From Octopus sinensis (Eukaryota): a DNA stretch of 64,000 bases. This document shows, piece by piece, positions 1 through 14,445 of this stretch. Location: positions 26,412,001-26,476,000 of the forward strand of contig NC_043021.1 in NCBI RefSeq assembly GCF_006345805.1, written 5' to 3'. Below the pieces are notes generated by a model that saw only the letters and a list, made by a program, of their open reading frames with translations, was not told the DNA's origin and searched no databases. Each line of letters starts with the position of its first letter. The first letter of the stretch is position 1. Both the position numbers and the translations under genes were made by a program.

Positions 1-48
1 ATACACATATATATACATACATATATATACATATATATACATATATAT

Positions 49-208
49 ACACTCTCGGAGTGGTTGGCGTTAGGAAGGGCATCCAGCTGTAGAAACACTG
101 CCAGATCTGACTGGCCTGGTGCAGCCTTCGGGCTTGCCAGACCCCAGTTGAACCGTCCAACCCATGCTAGCATGGAAAGCGGACGTTAAACGATGATGAT
201 GATGATGA
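49..208 (+). mobile_element. 3' end of RTE-type LINE/SINE tail with (GAT)n
   Basis: Ends ...catgctagcatggaaagcggacgttaaacg(atg)n. Same sequence as the 3' end of the RT-encoding element at 29221-31042. Confidence 0.85.
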
Positions 209-354
209 TATACATACATATATATATATACATATATATACATATATATACATACATAAATATATATATATATACATACATATACATACATATATATATA
301 TATATACATACATATATATACATATATACATACATATATATACATATATAATAC

Positions 355-385
<31 letters not shown>

Positions 386-479
386 CATATAATATATACA
401 TATATATACATACATATATATATATACATATATACATGCATATATACATGCATATATATATACTATATATATACATATA

Positions 480-510
<31 letters not shown>

Positions 511-523
511 CATATATATATAC

Positions 524-590
<67 letters not shown>

Positions 591-647
591 CATATATATA
601 CATATATATACATGCATATATATACATATATATATACATATATATAT

Positions 648-719
648 AACGGGAAGCTTTATGAACATAAACAAAGACGAAGGCAGGTGGAAAAAAAACG
701 AACAATTGTATTAGTATGT
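648..719 (-). mobile_element. Short Penelope-like fragment inside TA repeat
   Basis: Reverse complement resembles 34920-34988, which adjoins a hammerhead motif. Confidence 0.55.
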
Positions 720-1230
720 ATGTATATATATACATATATATATACATGCATATATATACATATATATACATATACATATATACATACATATAATATATAC
801 ATATATATACATATATACATACATATATATATACATACATATATATATATATACACATACATATATATACATATACATATAATATATACATATATATACA
901 TATATATATATACTATATATATATACATATATATATACATATATATTATACATATATATATACATATATAATACATATATATACATATATTATATACATA
1001 TACATATATATACATATATATATATATACTATATATATACATATATATATACATATATAACATATATATATATACTACATATATTATATACATATATATC
1101 ATATATATATATACATATATATATACATATATATATATACATATATATATACATATATATATATACAATATATATACATATATATATACATATATATATA
1201 TACATATATATATACATATATAATATACAT

Positions 1231-1278
<48 letters not shown>

Positions 1279-1411
1279 ACATATATATATACAATACATA
1301 TATATACATATATGTATATATATATATGTATGTATATATATATATATATGTATGTATATATATATATATATATGTATGTATATGTATATATATGTATATG
1401 TATATGTATAT

Positions 1412-1457
<46 letters not shown>

Positions 1458-1480
1458 ATATATATATATATATATGTATG

Positions 1481-1537
<57 letters not shown>

Positions 1538-1611
1538 ATATATGTATATGTATGTATATATGTATATGTATATATATATGTATATATATTTTTTCTTTTT
1601 TTTTTTCTTTT

Positions 1612-2006
1612 TTCTTGTTTCAGTCATTTTGACTGCGGCCATGCTGGAGCACCGCCTTTAATCGAGCAACTTGACCCCGGGACTTATTCTTTGTATGCCC
1701 AGTACTTATTCTATCGGTCTCTTTTGCCGAACCGCTAAGTGACGGGGACATAAACACACCAGTATCGGTTGTCAAGCAATGCTAGGGGGACAAACACAGA
1801 CACACAAACACACACATACATATATATATACACACATATATACGACAGGCTTCTTTCAGTTTCCGTCTACCAAATCCACTCACAAGGCATTGGTTGGCCC
1901 GGGGCTATAGCAGAAGACACTTGCCCAAGATGCCACGCAGTGGGACTGAACCCAGAACCATGCGGTTGGTTAGCAAGCTACTTACCACACGGCCACTCCT
2001 GCGCCT
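1612..2006 (-). mobile_element. tRNA-derived SINE, family A
   Basis: Minus-strand head aggcgcaggagtggccgtgtggtaag...gggttcagtcccactgcgtggc and tail ...tgactgaaacaag. Many homologous copies in the window. Confidence 0.9.
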
Positions 2007-3123
2007 ATATGTATGTTAGAAAAAATGAGGTAATCAGATCAGATGGTTCATATTTGTAGATATTTATTTATATATTACATTTTTTACATATATATCATAT
2101 CATTCGGATTAGCACTTTCTCCCAATCTAGTGGGGTTTTCAAATCAAATCAATTGTGGGGAGTTTGAACATTTTATAGTTTCAGAGGAATAAGATATAGT
2201 ACAAGAGGGTGAGGAGGAAGTGAGACAGAGAAAACATGTGTGTATGTGTATGTGTGTGTGTGTGTGTATGTGTGTGTGTGTGTGCGAGCGCATTTATATC
2301 TGAGAGGGAAGAAGTGTTATTTCCACATTGGTCTACTGGACCTCCTGTGGTTTTATAAGAACTTGGCTGTCCATTTCCATGTCACTGAGTGTGTGTTGGG
2401 CGTAGGTTGGCCTGACAAATGTCATTTGGGGTCACACTTTCTATGATCATTTGGTGGAGGTGTGTGTGTGTGTCTCTGTGTGTTTGGAGAAGGGGAGAGA
2501 GACAAAAAGAGAAAAGGGAAATAAAAATAAAAATAAAAAATAAAAATATAAAAATATAAAATTAAAAAATAATTAAAAAAATATAAAAAATAAAAAATAT
2601 AAAAAATAAATAAAAATAAAAATAAGGGAGGAAGTGGAGAAGAAAAAAATATTTTTCTGTGTTGATATTTATGCCAATACATATATATACACACACACAG
2701 ACTTATACATAAAATATTTGAAAAAAACCTTTTTATCAGTCAAAAATGAACAACCAAATTACACCATCTTGAAAATTGTATATCATAGGAAAGTTAAAAT
2801 TAAAGTGACAATTAAAAGGTAAAGATGGAAGTGAATTATAAAGATAATAATATAATATAATGTATATAACAGGCAATACACATATCTATACACACACAGA
2901 TATATATATATATATATACATATACACACACAGACATATACTAAATGTTCTATATTAGATTGTAAATCGAAAGATGCGTCCTTCAATGTCACTATATATA
3001 TATATATGTATATATATGTATATATATGCATGTATATATATATATGTACATATACATATATATATGCATGTATATATATATATGTACATATACATATATA
3101 TATACATATATATATATACATAC

Positions 3124-3170
<47 letters not shown>

Positions 3171-3761
3171 CATATACATATATATATACATATATATATA
3201 TATACATACATATACATACATACATATACATACTATATATATATATATACATACATATACATACATACATATACATACATATATACATATACATATACAT
3301 ACATACATATACATACATACATACATATACATACATATATATATATATACATACATATACATACATACATATACATACATATATATATATATACATACAT
3401 ATACATACATACATACATACATATATATATATATACACATACATATACATACATATATATATATACATACATATACATACATACATATATATATACATAC
3501 ATATACATACATACATATACATACATACATATACATACATACATATATATATACATACATATACATACATACATATACATACATACATACATATATACAT
3601 ACATATACATACATACATATACATACATACATACATACATACATATACATACATACATACATATATATATACATATAATATATATATACATATATATACA
3701 TATATATACATATATATATATACATATTATACATAATATACATATATATACATATATATAC

Positions 3762-3802
<41 letters not shown>

Positions 3803-3818
3803 TATACATATATATATA

Positions 3819-4212
3819 TGGTGGAAGCACTCCGTCGGTTACGACGATGAGGGTTCCGGTTGATCCGAATCAACAGAACAACCTGCTCGTGAAATTAACG
3901 TGTAAGTGGCTGAGCACTCCACAGACACGCGCACCCCTAACGTAGTTCTCGGGGATATTCAGCGTGACATAGCAAGTGACAAGGCCGGTCCCTTGAAATA
4001 CAGGTACAACAGAAACAGGAAGCAAGAGTGAGAGAAAGTTGTGGCGAAAGAGTACAGCAGGGATCACCACCATCCCCTGCCGGAGACTCGTGGAGCTTTT
4101 AGGTGTTTTCGCTCTATAAACACTCACAACAACGCCCGGTCTGGGAATCGAAACCGCCGTATCCTATGACCGCGAGTCCACTGCCCTAACCACTGGGCCA
4201 TTGCGCATCCAC
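3819..4212 (-). mobile_element. tRNA-derived SINE, family B (copy 1)
   Basis: Minus-strand head with A box TGGCCCAGTGG and B box GGTTTCGATTCC. Confidence 0.88.
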
Positions 4213-4371
4213 ATATATATATATACAGGCTAGAGACGCCGTGATGGCGTCAGCCCTCCTGGTGACGTTGATGATCGCCTGGGGCTAAATGCATCAGTAA
4301 CACCCCCCCGCCCTGCCTGTCCCTAGCCACATTCAGATGGCTAACGTCCCTTATTTTATATATATATATAA

Positions 4372-4402
<31 letters not shown>

Positions 4403-4925
4403 TACTATATATATACATACATATACTACATACACAATAATATATATATATATATACATACATATACATACATACATATACATACATATAATACATATAC
4501 ATACATACATATACATACATACATACATATACATACATATATATATAAATACATACATATACATACATCATATACATACATATATATATATATACATACA
4601 TATACATACATATATATCTATATATCATACATATACATACATACATATATATATATACATACTAATAAGACAGCATAACATACATACATCTATATATACA
4701 TACATATACATACATACATATACATACATACAACATATATACATACCATATACATACATACATATACATACATACATACACATACATACATATACATACA
4801 TAACATACATATAATATATATATATATATATCTATATAATACATATATATACATATATATACATATATATACATTATACATAATATACATATATATATAT
4901 ATATATATTACAATATATACATATT

Positions 4926-4961
<36 letters not shown>

Positions 4962-4982
4962 CATAATATACATATATATATA

Positions 4983-5369
4983 TGGTGGAAGCACTCCGTC
5001 GGTTACGACGATGAGGGTTCCGGTTGATCCGAATCAACAGAACAACCTGCTCGTGAAATTAACGTGTAAGTGGCTGAGCACTCCACAGACACGCGCACCC
5101 CTAACGTAGTTCTCGGGGATATTCAGCGTGACATAGCAAGTGACAAGGCCGGGTCCTTGAAATACAGGTACAACAGAAACAGAAGCAAGAGTGAGAGGAA
5201 GTTTGGGCGAAAGAGTACAGGGAGGGATCACGACCATCCCCTGCCGGAGACTCGTGGAGCTTTTAGGTTTTTCGCTCTATAAACACTCACAACGCCCGGT
5301 CTGGGATCGAAACCGCGATCCTATGACCGCGAGTCCACTGCCCTAACCACTGGGCCATTGCGCATCCAC
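4983..5369 (-). mobile_element. tRNA-derived SINE, family B (copy 2)
   Basis: Near-identical to 3819-4212 with several small indels. Confidence 0.88.
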
Positions 5370-5532
5370 ATATATATATATACAGGCTAGAGGACGCCGT
5401 GATGGCGTCAGCCCTCCTGTGACGTTGATGATCGCCTGGGGCTAAATGCATCAGTAACACCCCCACCGCCCTGCCCTGTCCCTAGCCACATTCAGATGGC
5501 TAACGTCCCTTATTTTTTATATATATATATAA

Positions 5533-5563
<31 letters not shown>

Positions 5564-5578
5564 TACATATATATATAC

Positions 5579-5609
<31 letters not shown>

Positions 5610-5826
5610 CATATATATATACATATATCATATATATATATACATACATATACATACATACATATAATAATACATACATATACAACATACATATAATACA
5701 TACATAACATACATACATACATATATACATACATATACATACATACATATACATACATACATACATATACTACATACATATACATACATACATATACATA
5801 CATACATACACATACATACATATACA

Positions 5827-5858
<32 letters not shown>

Positions 5859-5936
5859 CTACATATATATACATATATATACATATAATATATATACATA
5901 TATATACATATATATACATATATATACTATATATAC

Positions 5937-5967
<31 letters not shown>

Positions 5968-5994
5968 ATTACATAATATTATACATATATATAT

Positions 5995-6383
5995 TGGTGG
6001 AAGCACTCCGTCGGTTACGACGATGAGGGTTCCGGTTGATCCGAATCAACAGAACAACCTGCTCGTGAAATTAACGTGTAAGTGGCTGAGCACTCCACAG
6101 ACACGCGCACCCCTAACGTAGTTCTCGGGGATATTCAGCGTGACATAGCAAGTGACAAGGCCGGTCCCTTGAAATACAGGTACAACAGAAACAGGAAGCA
6201 AGAGTGAGAGAAAGTTGTGGCGAAAGAGTACAGCAGGGATCACCACCATCCCCTGCCGGAGACTCGTGGAGCTTTTAGGTGTTTTCGCTCTATAAACACT
6301 CACAACGCCCGGTCTGGGAATCGAAACCGCGATCCTATGACCGCGAGTCCACTGCCCTAACCACTGGGCCATTGCGCATCCAC
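5995..6383 (-). mobile_element. tRNA-derived SINE, family B (copy 3)
   Basis: Near-identical to 3819-4212. Confidence 0.88.
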
Positions 6384-6611
6384 ATATATATATATACAGG
6401 CTAGAGGACGCCGTGATGGCGTCAGCCCTCCTGGTGACGTTGATGATCGCCTGGGGCTAAATGCATCAGTAACACCCCCACCGCCCTGCCCTGTCCCTAG
6501 CCACATTCAGATGGCTAACGTCCCTTATTTTATATATATATATAAATACATATATACATATATAATATATATAATACATATATATATATACATATATATA
6601 TACATATATTC

Positions 6612-6642
<31 letters not shown>

Positions 6643-7079
6643 CATATATATAACATATATATAAATACTATATATACATACATACATATATATAACATAA
6701 TATACATACATATCTATACAGACATATATATACATACATATAGATATATACATATATATATACATATATATATATACTATATATACATACATACATATAT
6801 ATACATATATTAAATATACATACATATAATACATATATAACATAAATATATATACTACAATATATACATACATACATATATATATATACATACATATTAC
6901 ATACATATATATACATACATATATATACATACTTACGTATACATACATATATATACATACATACATATATATACATACAATAATAACAAAGGGTAAAATT
7001 AATTAATTAATAAGTAATCAATAATTTCACCAAGTAGAATTCGGCATGAAAAAGGACCATTTCATGGTAAACTTAAGTA

Positions 7080-7252
7080 ATACTAAATAAATAGGGTTCA
7101 GCAAAGATTTGCTTTACCACATACTGAAGTTTAGAAATAGCAGCCAAAAAACGTTAGCTATTTCTTCTACATTAAAAAAAGTTTTTGGCTGCTATTTCTA
7201 AACTTCAGTATGTGGTAAAGCAAATGTTTGCTGAACCCTATTTATTAAGTAT
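7080..7252. repeat. Inverted repeat, ~70 bp arms
   Basis: 7080-7151 is the near-perfect reverse complement of 7181-7252. Confidence 0.92.
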
Positions 7253-7388
7253 ATATACATACATATATATACATACTTATATATATATATATACATATAT
7301 ATATATACATATACATACATACATATATAAATATACCTATATATACATACATACATGCGCACATATATATATATACATACATACAAAT

Positions 7389-7425
<37 letters not shown>

Positions 7426-7448
7426 AACATACGTACATATATATTTAT

Positions 7449-7485
<37 letters not shown>

Positions 7486-7689
7486 CACATACATAATAAA
7501 TGAAAAAATGCATGGTAAATAAACAAACGACATAATGTATAGTGAGTGTAAAACTGGATGGGAGACAAACACAGAAGGTCCCTAATTGTTCATCAGTTAC
7601 CAACCAATTGGTGAAACTCAGCTTCATTGGTGTGACACATCGTCCTTATATAGGAATGACACATTACGTTGGCAAATAAACTTTACTGT

Positions 7690-7902
7690 ATCATCATCAT
7701 CATCATCATCATTGTTTAACGTCTGCTTTCCATGCAAGCATGGGTTGGACGATTTGACTGAGGACTGGTGAACCAGATGGCTGCACCAGGCAGCAATCTT
7801 GATTTGGTAGAGTTTCTAAAGCTGGATGCTCTTCCTAATGCCAACCACTCTGAGAGTGTACTGGGTGCTTTTATGTACCACCAGCATGAGGTCCAGTCAG
7901 AC

Positions 7903-7905
<3 letters not shown>
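7690..7905 (-). mobile_element. RTE-type 3' tail fragment
   Basis: (TCA)n followed by tttaacgtctgctttccatgcaagcatgggttggac; homologous to 29221-29420. Confidence 0.85.
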
Positions 7906-7942
<37 letters not shown>

Positions 7943-8725
7943 TCACTTTGAGCACTTTGACCAACCAGTCCGTCAGGCGTCCATTTGACACCGCTGGTCA
8001 CAGCACGCTGTCCACTCCTCTCTGGATCGCGCCTTTCAAGACCTCCACGACGGTGGAATTACGATATATATATATATATACATACATATATACACATATA
8101 TATATACACACACACACCTACATATATATGCATACACATATGTATACATATATACATACAATCACACACATAGAGAGACATGTATGTATCTATGTGTGTA
8201 TGTATGTGTGTGTGTATGTCTGTGTGTATGTACGTATGTATAATACAATTTAATGCAGGTCACTTTTAAACTCAATACAACAACGTTAAGTGAGTGCTAT
8301 TTAGCGAGCAATTTTGAATGGCTGGTGAGAGAAGCTCTTGAAGAAATGATATAAAATACTTGACCCTCTTCTTACAGGAATTCTCTCCTCAACAAAGAAA
8401 TTCTTTGATGTTTAAGCCAAGAATTTCCTTCCCTAACTGGAGTGGTTGCATCAGGAGGCAACAAATGAGGTCTTGTGTGGTCACTCAACCTCTGAGAAAT
8501 AACAGCTGAATCTTCCTAAAATCATACCATACCATGTTGAGGAAGTAAATACACAATGGAGGATATAGTTTGAGGGAGACTAGGCCAGAGAGAGAAAAAA
8601 TGGATGGGGACGGCAAGAATGTCTTTGATTGGCATGTTTCAGGATTGACCTTGGGCTAAACAGTAACTGCTTGTCAGCCCTGGTCAAACCGTCCAACCCA
8701 TGCCAGCATAGACAACGGGCATTAA

Positions 8726-8761
<36 letters not shown>

Positions 8762-8904
8762 GTGAAAGTCTCCAAGCGTCTTGCCTCAAGCATTTAGGAA
8801 CATCATTGTTCCAAAGATTCTGAAAGGAATGTGAAAAATCCCGAATAAAGAAAAGTCAAACTTGAACGTATTTATGTTTTGAACATAACACACTTGAAAG
8901 ATCT

Positions 8905-9221
8905 ATTCCCAGTTGTTGTTGTTTGTTCCTTCTCGAGCCATGCCTGGCTCATAAGGGCCGGTTTCCCGGTTTCTTGGCGTATAGGTTCCCCACCCGGACA
9001 GGACGCTGGTCCATTGCAGGTGAGCTGCAAGATGCAGGAGGAAAGGGTGAGAGAAAGTTGTGGTGAAAGAGTCAGCAGAAGTTTGCCGTTACCTTCTGCT
9101 GGAGCTGCGTGGAGCTTAGGTGATTCGCTCATAAACACACACATCGCCAGGTCTGCGATTCGAACCAGCAATCCCTCAACTGCAAGTCTGCTGCTCTAAC
9201 CACTAGGCCATGTGCCTCCAC
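8905..9221 (-). mobile_element. tRNA-derived SINE related to family B
   Basis: Head gtggaggcacatggcctagtggttagagc...ggttcgaatcgc on the minus strand; shares the gagagaaagttgtgg block with family B. Confidence 0.8.
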
Positions 9222-9406
9222 TATTCCCAGTTCACACTATGATAGACTTGGGCCAATCAAAGTCTTGTGAGTGTATCTCATAGATGGAAACTGGAAGAAG
9301 CCTATTGTGTGGAGCCAAGAGTGTTGATAGCTTAGAACTTGGGTTGAATGATTCTCTGGAAATACCCGACCTTTAAACCCTACCCTGACCTAACATATAT
9401 ATATAT

Positions 9407-9629
9407 TCTTTTATTCGTTTCAGTCATTTGACTGTGGCCATGGTGGAGCACCACCTTTAGTTGAACAAATCGACCCCAGGACTTATTCTTTTGTAAGCCT
9501 AATATTTATTGTATCAGGCTCTTTTGCCAAACTGCTAAGTTACAGGGACGTAAACACACCAACATCGATTGTCAAGCGATAGTTGGGGGTGGGGGTGAAA
9601 CAAACACAGACACACAAACATATACATAC

Positions 9630-9664
<35 letters not shown>

Positions 9665-9838
9665 CAATGGGCTTCTTACAGTTAAGTCTACCAAATCCAC
9701 TCACAAAGGCTTTGGTCAGCCTGAGGCTATAGTAGAAGACACTTGCCCAAGGTGCCACACAGTGGGACTGAAGCTGGAACCTGTGGTTGGTAAGTAAGCT
9801 ACTTACCACACAGCCACTCCTGCACCAAGCCACTCCCA
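9407..9838 (-). mobile_element. SINE family A
   Basis: Full-length homology to 1612-2006. Confidence 0.88.
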
Positions 9839-9906
9839 TATAGTTAATCAAAAAAATGGAGAAAAAAGACAACAATAAAAAACAACAATGTGAGGGCATG
9901 GTATTA

Positions 9907-9997
<91 letters not shown>

Positions 9998-10346
9998 CAA
10001 AGGAATAGGGATTTTAAATCCAGGCAGATACCTTACAAGGACTCTGTTACAATCCATTGTTGGCTAACCACTCTGAGTATTAGGAAACATTTAGAACCAT
10101 TTATTCTAAACAGTTTTTTTGATTGGTAACTCTTGGGTTTGCTTTGAAGAATTCCAAGTAGAATTCCAGAACATATTAGACAGATATAATAAAGAATGGA
10201 AAAGTATACATCTTTAGAATTTTTTAAATAAATTTTATTTACAGCATTTTAAATTCCAGGCCTTGTGCCTATAGCAGAAAATGCCAAAAAAATTCTAAAA
10301 ATGTATGATTCTTCATTATATATTTGTGTGTGTGTGTGTGTATACG

Positions 10347-10408
<62 letters not shown>

Positions 10409-10662
10409 TACATTTTTTTTGTTCATAGATGTGTGTGTAATTATGTGTATGTGTGTGTGTATGCTATTGTGCATGTGTCTGTATTCCTGCATTCATGTGT
10501 GTGTGTGTGTATGTGTGAGTGTTTGCTATGTAGTAGTTTACTAGGGTAGGCACTTGGAGAAAACAGCACACCCAGAATACTTGGGAAAACGCTTGACACT
10601 TAAAGGTGCCAGCCCAATCCCCGGTTGCGGATACCTGACACTCGTTATTTTATCACCTGCAA

Positions 10663-10880
10663 CAAGGCGGCAAGCTGGAAGGATTGTTAGTACACTGGGC
10701 GAAATGCTTAGTGGTATTTCATCTGTCTTTATGTTCTGAGTTCAAATTCCGCTGAGGTTGACTTTGCCTTTCATCCTTTCAGGGTCAATAAATTAAGTAC
10801 CAGTTACATACTGAGGTTGATCTAATCAACTGGCCCCCTCCCCCAAAATGTTATGCCTTGTGCCTAGAGTAGAAAAGATT
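10663..10880 (+). mobile_element. tRNA-derived SINE, family C
   Basis: aaggcggcaagctgg...ttctgagttcaaattccgctgagg...ctttgcctttcatcc. Homologues near 13860, 17360, 23690, 27345, 53885 and 54300. Confidence 0.82.
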
Positions 10881-10913
10881 GTAACACCAGCAACAAATGC
10901 TGTGCAACAAGCA

Positions 10914-10964
<51 letters not shown>

Positions 10965-10966
<2 letters not shown>

Positions 10967-11528
10967 GCCCTGATGCAGTACCAGGCAGTGGCTCTCATGG
11001 CTTCTGATCTTAACTGATTGGAAGTGTTATCATGTACATTGTTTTGTCTTGGTATAAAAGATGGGCTACAGCAAATATTCTGCTCAATACCACAGATTTG
11101 CTTGTCAGTTGTTTGACCTTAACCAGTTGAGCATGTCCCTTAGTGGCTGACGATATGTGCATCTCTGATCACAAGCAGAAGTAGTTGGGGAGCATCATAG
11201 GCATGTGTTGAGAGGGATTCTTTGGGGTTTGAATAATTCACCTCTGGAAACATGGATGTTTCCCTCAACATCCTTAAACAACCCTTATTCAGGGACCTTT
11301 TTGAGCTGGATGGGTTACTCGACCAGAAGAAAATTCTAACTGGGCCCCACCTGCAAGGTCATGTGCTGTTTATCTTGATATGAGATCACCATGTCGCGCA
11401 CATATGGTTGTGATGCATGTACCCAGTGTACCCTTATCAAACGAGTAGTCATGATGGGTATACTGGGCTTCGTATATTTTACCCCAGTGTCACTTTGATG
11501 GCATGCACTGCTCTCTCACTCACTCACT
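10965..11528. other. ~560 bp complex segment between (AAT)n and (AAT/GAT)n tracts; probable repeat of unknown class
   Basis: Sharp boundaries at trinucleotide tracts; no long ORF. Confidence 0.4.
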
Positions 11529-12249
11529 AATAATGATGATGATGATGATGATGATGATAATAATAATTATGACGACAGTGATTGCTTTTAACAAAAGTTG
11601 AAATGCAGGACATGAAGGGTGGGGCCTACACAAATCAAAAAGAAATGAACAACAACAAAATAATAACTAAAAACAATCTAAATATAGAATCAAAAAGAAA
11701 TGACAGGAAGAATGCTTAAGGCTTTCAACTGGGTCAGGCTTTATATGCAGATCTAAACAAAGGTAAAAGGTGTGTTCATAAGAAGTTATGGCAGAACAGA
11801 CAAATATAAAAATGAACATGTCCTATTTGGACTAAATTAGGTTTTATAAATTGTGATAAACAGTTGCCAACACCCAACACATACATGTTCAGCCCCCCCC
11901 CCCCACCACCACCAATCTCTTTTCAGAAATGTTGGTAACCATGTAACCATGTAGTACATCTACAGCCAAGGAGCTTCTCTTGTTCTTGCCCTTTCTCTCC
12001 AAGCAGAAAGCCACCTCCCTCTCGGCTGTATGGCAAACTTCTGCTTGTGCCTTGAAAACAACAAAGCACCCAGTAAATGTTGTAAAGTTGTTGGCATTGT
12101 GAAGGGAGGACATGGAGGCAATGGAGACTTGCCTCAGCAAACTCTCATTTATTCAAGCATGGAAAAGTGGACATTAAACAGCAGATTTCATAGAGGCTGA
12201 ACAAGCCCCACAATAGACAGACAGACAGACAGACATGGTGGTGGTGGTC

Positions 12250-12445
12250 TACTCCTTGTACAGAGTCTGACAACCTCTCATACTCACACCTTAGGTCCAT
12301 CATGGCATCTGATGTGGCTTTTTAAACCAGACAATGCTTTGAAAAGACACCCACTTAAAATGCAAATCTGCTTTGGACCACCAAGAGCTGCAATTAGGGT
12401 CTGGTCTTTAGGGATCTTAAAATATCCTTTGAGACCTCCATTAGA
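12250..12445 (-). pseudogene. Possible C-terminus of an RTE-like LINE ORF
   Basis: Translates as ICILSGCLFKALSGLKSHIRCH, a degenerate C2H2-like terminus typical of RTE ORFs. Confidence 0.45.
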
Positions 12446-13121
12446 TGTGCATGCATACATACATACATACATACATACAACCATACATACATGCATACAT
12501 ACAACCATACATACATACATACACACACACATACATACATACATGCATACAACCATACATACACACATACATACATACATACATCCATCCATCCATACAT
12601 ACACACACACACACACACATACATACATCCATGCATACATGCATGCATACATACAGACAGAGAGACATGAATGTAGATATAGGTATAGGTGTGGCTGTAT
12701 GGCTAAGAAGTTTGCTCCCCAGCAGTGCGCTTTTGGGTTCAGTGCCACAACATGGCACCCAGGGCAACCAAAACCTTATGGAGGTTTTCTAACATTGAGG
12801 ATATGAAATTCTGATGTCTCTATTTTTTAATCCTGTTCACTTTCCCCTAAAAAAGGACTTTGTCCAAAATTTTTGGATTTTCCATTCCCCATAGCAACTT
12901 CTCTTTTTCTTAGATCAACACCAGTCCCATTGGAGTCTGTCAGTGAGAGAGAGAGAGAGAGAGAGAGAGCCTGAAACACGTTTCTGTCCCCTTGCCTCAA
13001 CATCTGGTAACAGCCGTGCACTTCCAGTCATCATCATTTCACATCCCACATGTCATTGCTTGCGGGGGTTGGACGGTTTGACAGGGTCCGATGGCGCTAA
13101 GGACTACATTGCGCTTTAGCG

Positions 13122-13340
13122 CAGCGGTTCTCGACCAGGGGGCCGTATGACTCCCTGGGACGGCGAGGGGGGGGGGGTCACACCAGCAAGATAATAAATC
13201 AGGGGCCCACATTAGTATTTTAAATATCCACAAGAAGTTTTGACTTAAATGTGTGTATTGCAAGGTACAGCTCGGTTTCTTTCTAAAACGTTTTGCATAA
13301 TTCAACTGATACAAGAGAATAAGAAACTAGGAATTTCGAA
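13122..13340. mobile_element. hAT/Charlie-like non-autonomous element end
   Basis: Begins cagcggttctcgaccagggg with gggg(t/c)ccac subterminal motifs. A similar terminus (ttgagaaacactg) ends at 43321. Confidence 0.5.
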
Positions 13341-14407
13341 AGACATCAGAATAACAAACGTTATGATTCCCCCCATGGACACACACACACACATACACCA
13401 CCACCACCACTACTATTACTACAACTAGTAATAATAATGATAAAAATAATTTCTTTTATTAGCCACAGGGGCATAGACGACGGGAACATCACAAAGACAA
13501 CAAATTTACATAAAGGATGAGGAGAAAGAAATGGAAGAAGCATACGCAACATGTGATAACGTGAGTGATATGGGGGAAAGTGCAGCTAGGGGCCAATCAA
13601 GGAACCCCACAGATCCAGGATTACCCTGACCAACGATGCTTTCTTTATTCACTTCTAAGGATTCGCAAAAATGTTGGAGATGATGCAGGACAATGCATTC
13701 TAGGATCAGGTAAAAACGTATAAAAATTAAATGAATGGAACCGATCGAACAGGGGTACAGAAAGTCAGCAATATTCAAAATTATTAACCCCCAAAATAAA
13801 AAGACAAATCTGACAATCAAGGCAGGATTTGAACTCAGAACGGTATCAATTTTTACTAAATCGGATTTCCTAAGTTCAGAGTTCAAATTAAGCCGAAGTC
13901 GACTTTGCCTTTCATCCCTTTCAGGGTCGATAAAATAAGTAGCAGTTGAACACTAAGCCGATATAATCGACGAGGTCCACCCCAGAACATTCCAGGCCTT
14001 GTGCCTATATTAGAAGGAATTATTTACTAAAAGCCAGGCCGATGGATCAACAGATTTCATTCAGTGAACAGCATAGGAAGAAAAAGAAAAATTCCTTGTA
14101 GTACACACGACCTTTTTAGGCTATAGTTTCATAATCGTGTTAAAGTATAATTTTGTCAAATAACATTTCGGGGTTGCACCGGTCGGTTAAATAATGGGGC
14201 GATTTAGTTGGTTGTAACACTTCTTCCCACAAAAGCTGGGTGTCTTTCTGCCAATGTTATTAAACAAGTCACTGACTTATTAAATATTATTATGGAAGTC
14301 GAACCTCGGAGAGTCTGTGTAATCGGTCGAAGTTCTAGAAATAGCAATCAAATCACCCTTAAATGCAAGGAAAGGGCACGTGTATATGTACAATGTATTT
14401 TAAGCAT

Positions 14408-14445
<38 letters not shown>

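Larger units (their letters stand above)
1..1590. repeat. Compound (TA)n/(TACA)n microsatellite field
   Basis: Almost entirely TA/TACA/TATG units. Source of the spurious Y/I/M/C-rich ORFs. Confidence 0.97.
2995..6980. repeat. TA/TACA microsatellite field with three tandem copies of a ~1.0-1.2 kb unit
   Basis: The same SINE plus GC-rich segment recurs at 3819, 4983 and 5995. Confidence 0.92.

Noticed and set aside
4226-4356. HDV-like ribozyme reading of the GC-rich cassette (ggctaa motif)
   Set aside because: I could not build P1, P3/L3 and P1.1 on either strand.
70-7627. Many long Y/I/M/C/H/T-rich ORFs (also near 36000, 47900 and 57100-58200)
   Set aside because: They are translations of TA/TACA microsatellites that lack stop codons.
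12827-12930. Possible minus-strand terminal exon (DSNGTGVDLRKREVAMGNG...)
   Set aside because: The acceptor pyrimidine tract is a CT microsatellite, the peptide is unrecognisable, and no partner exon was found.
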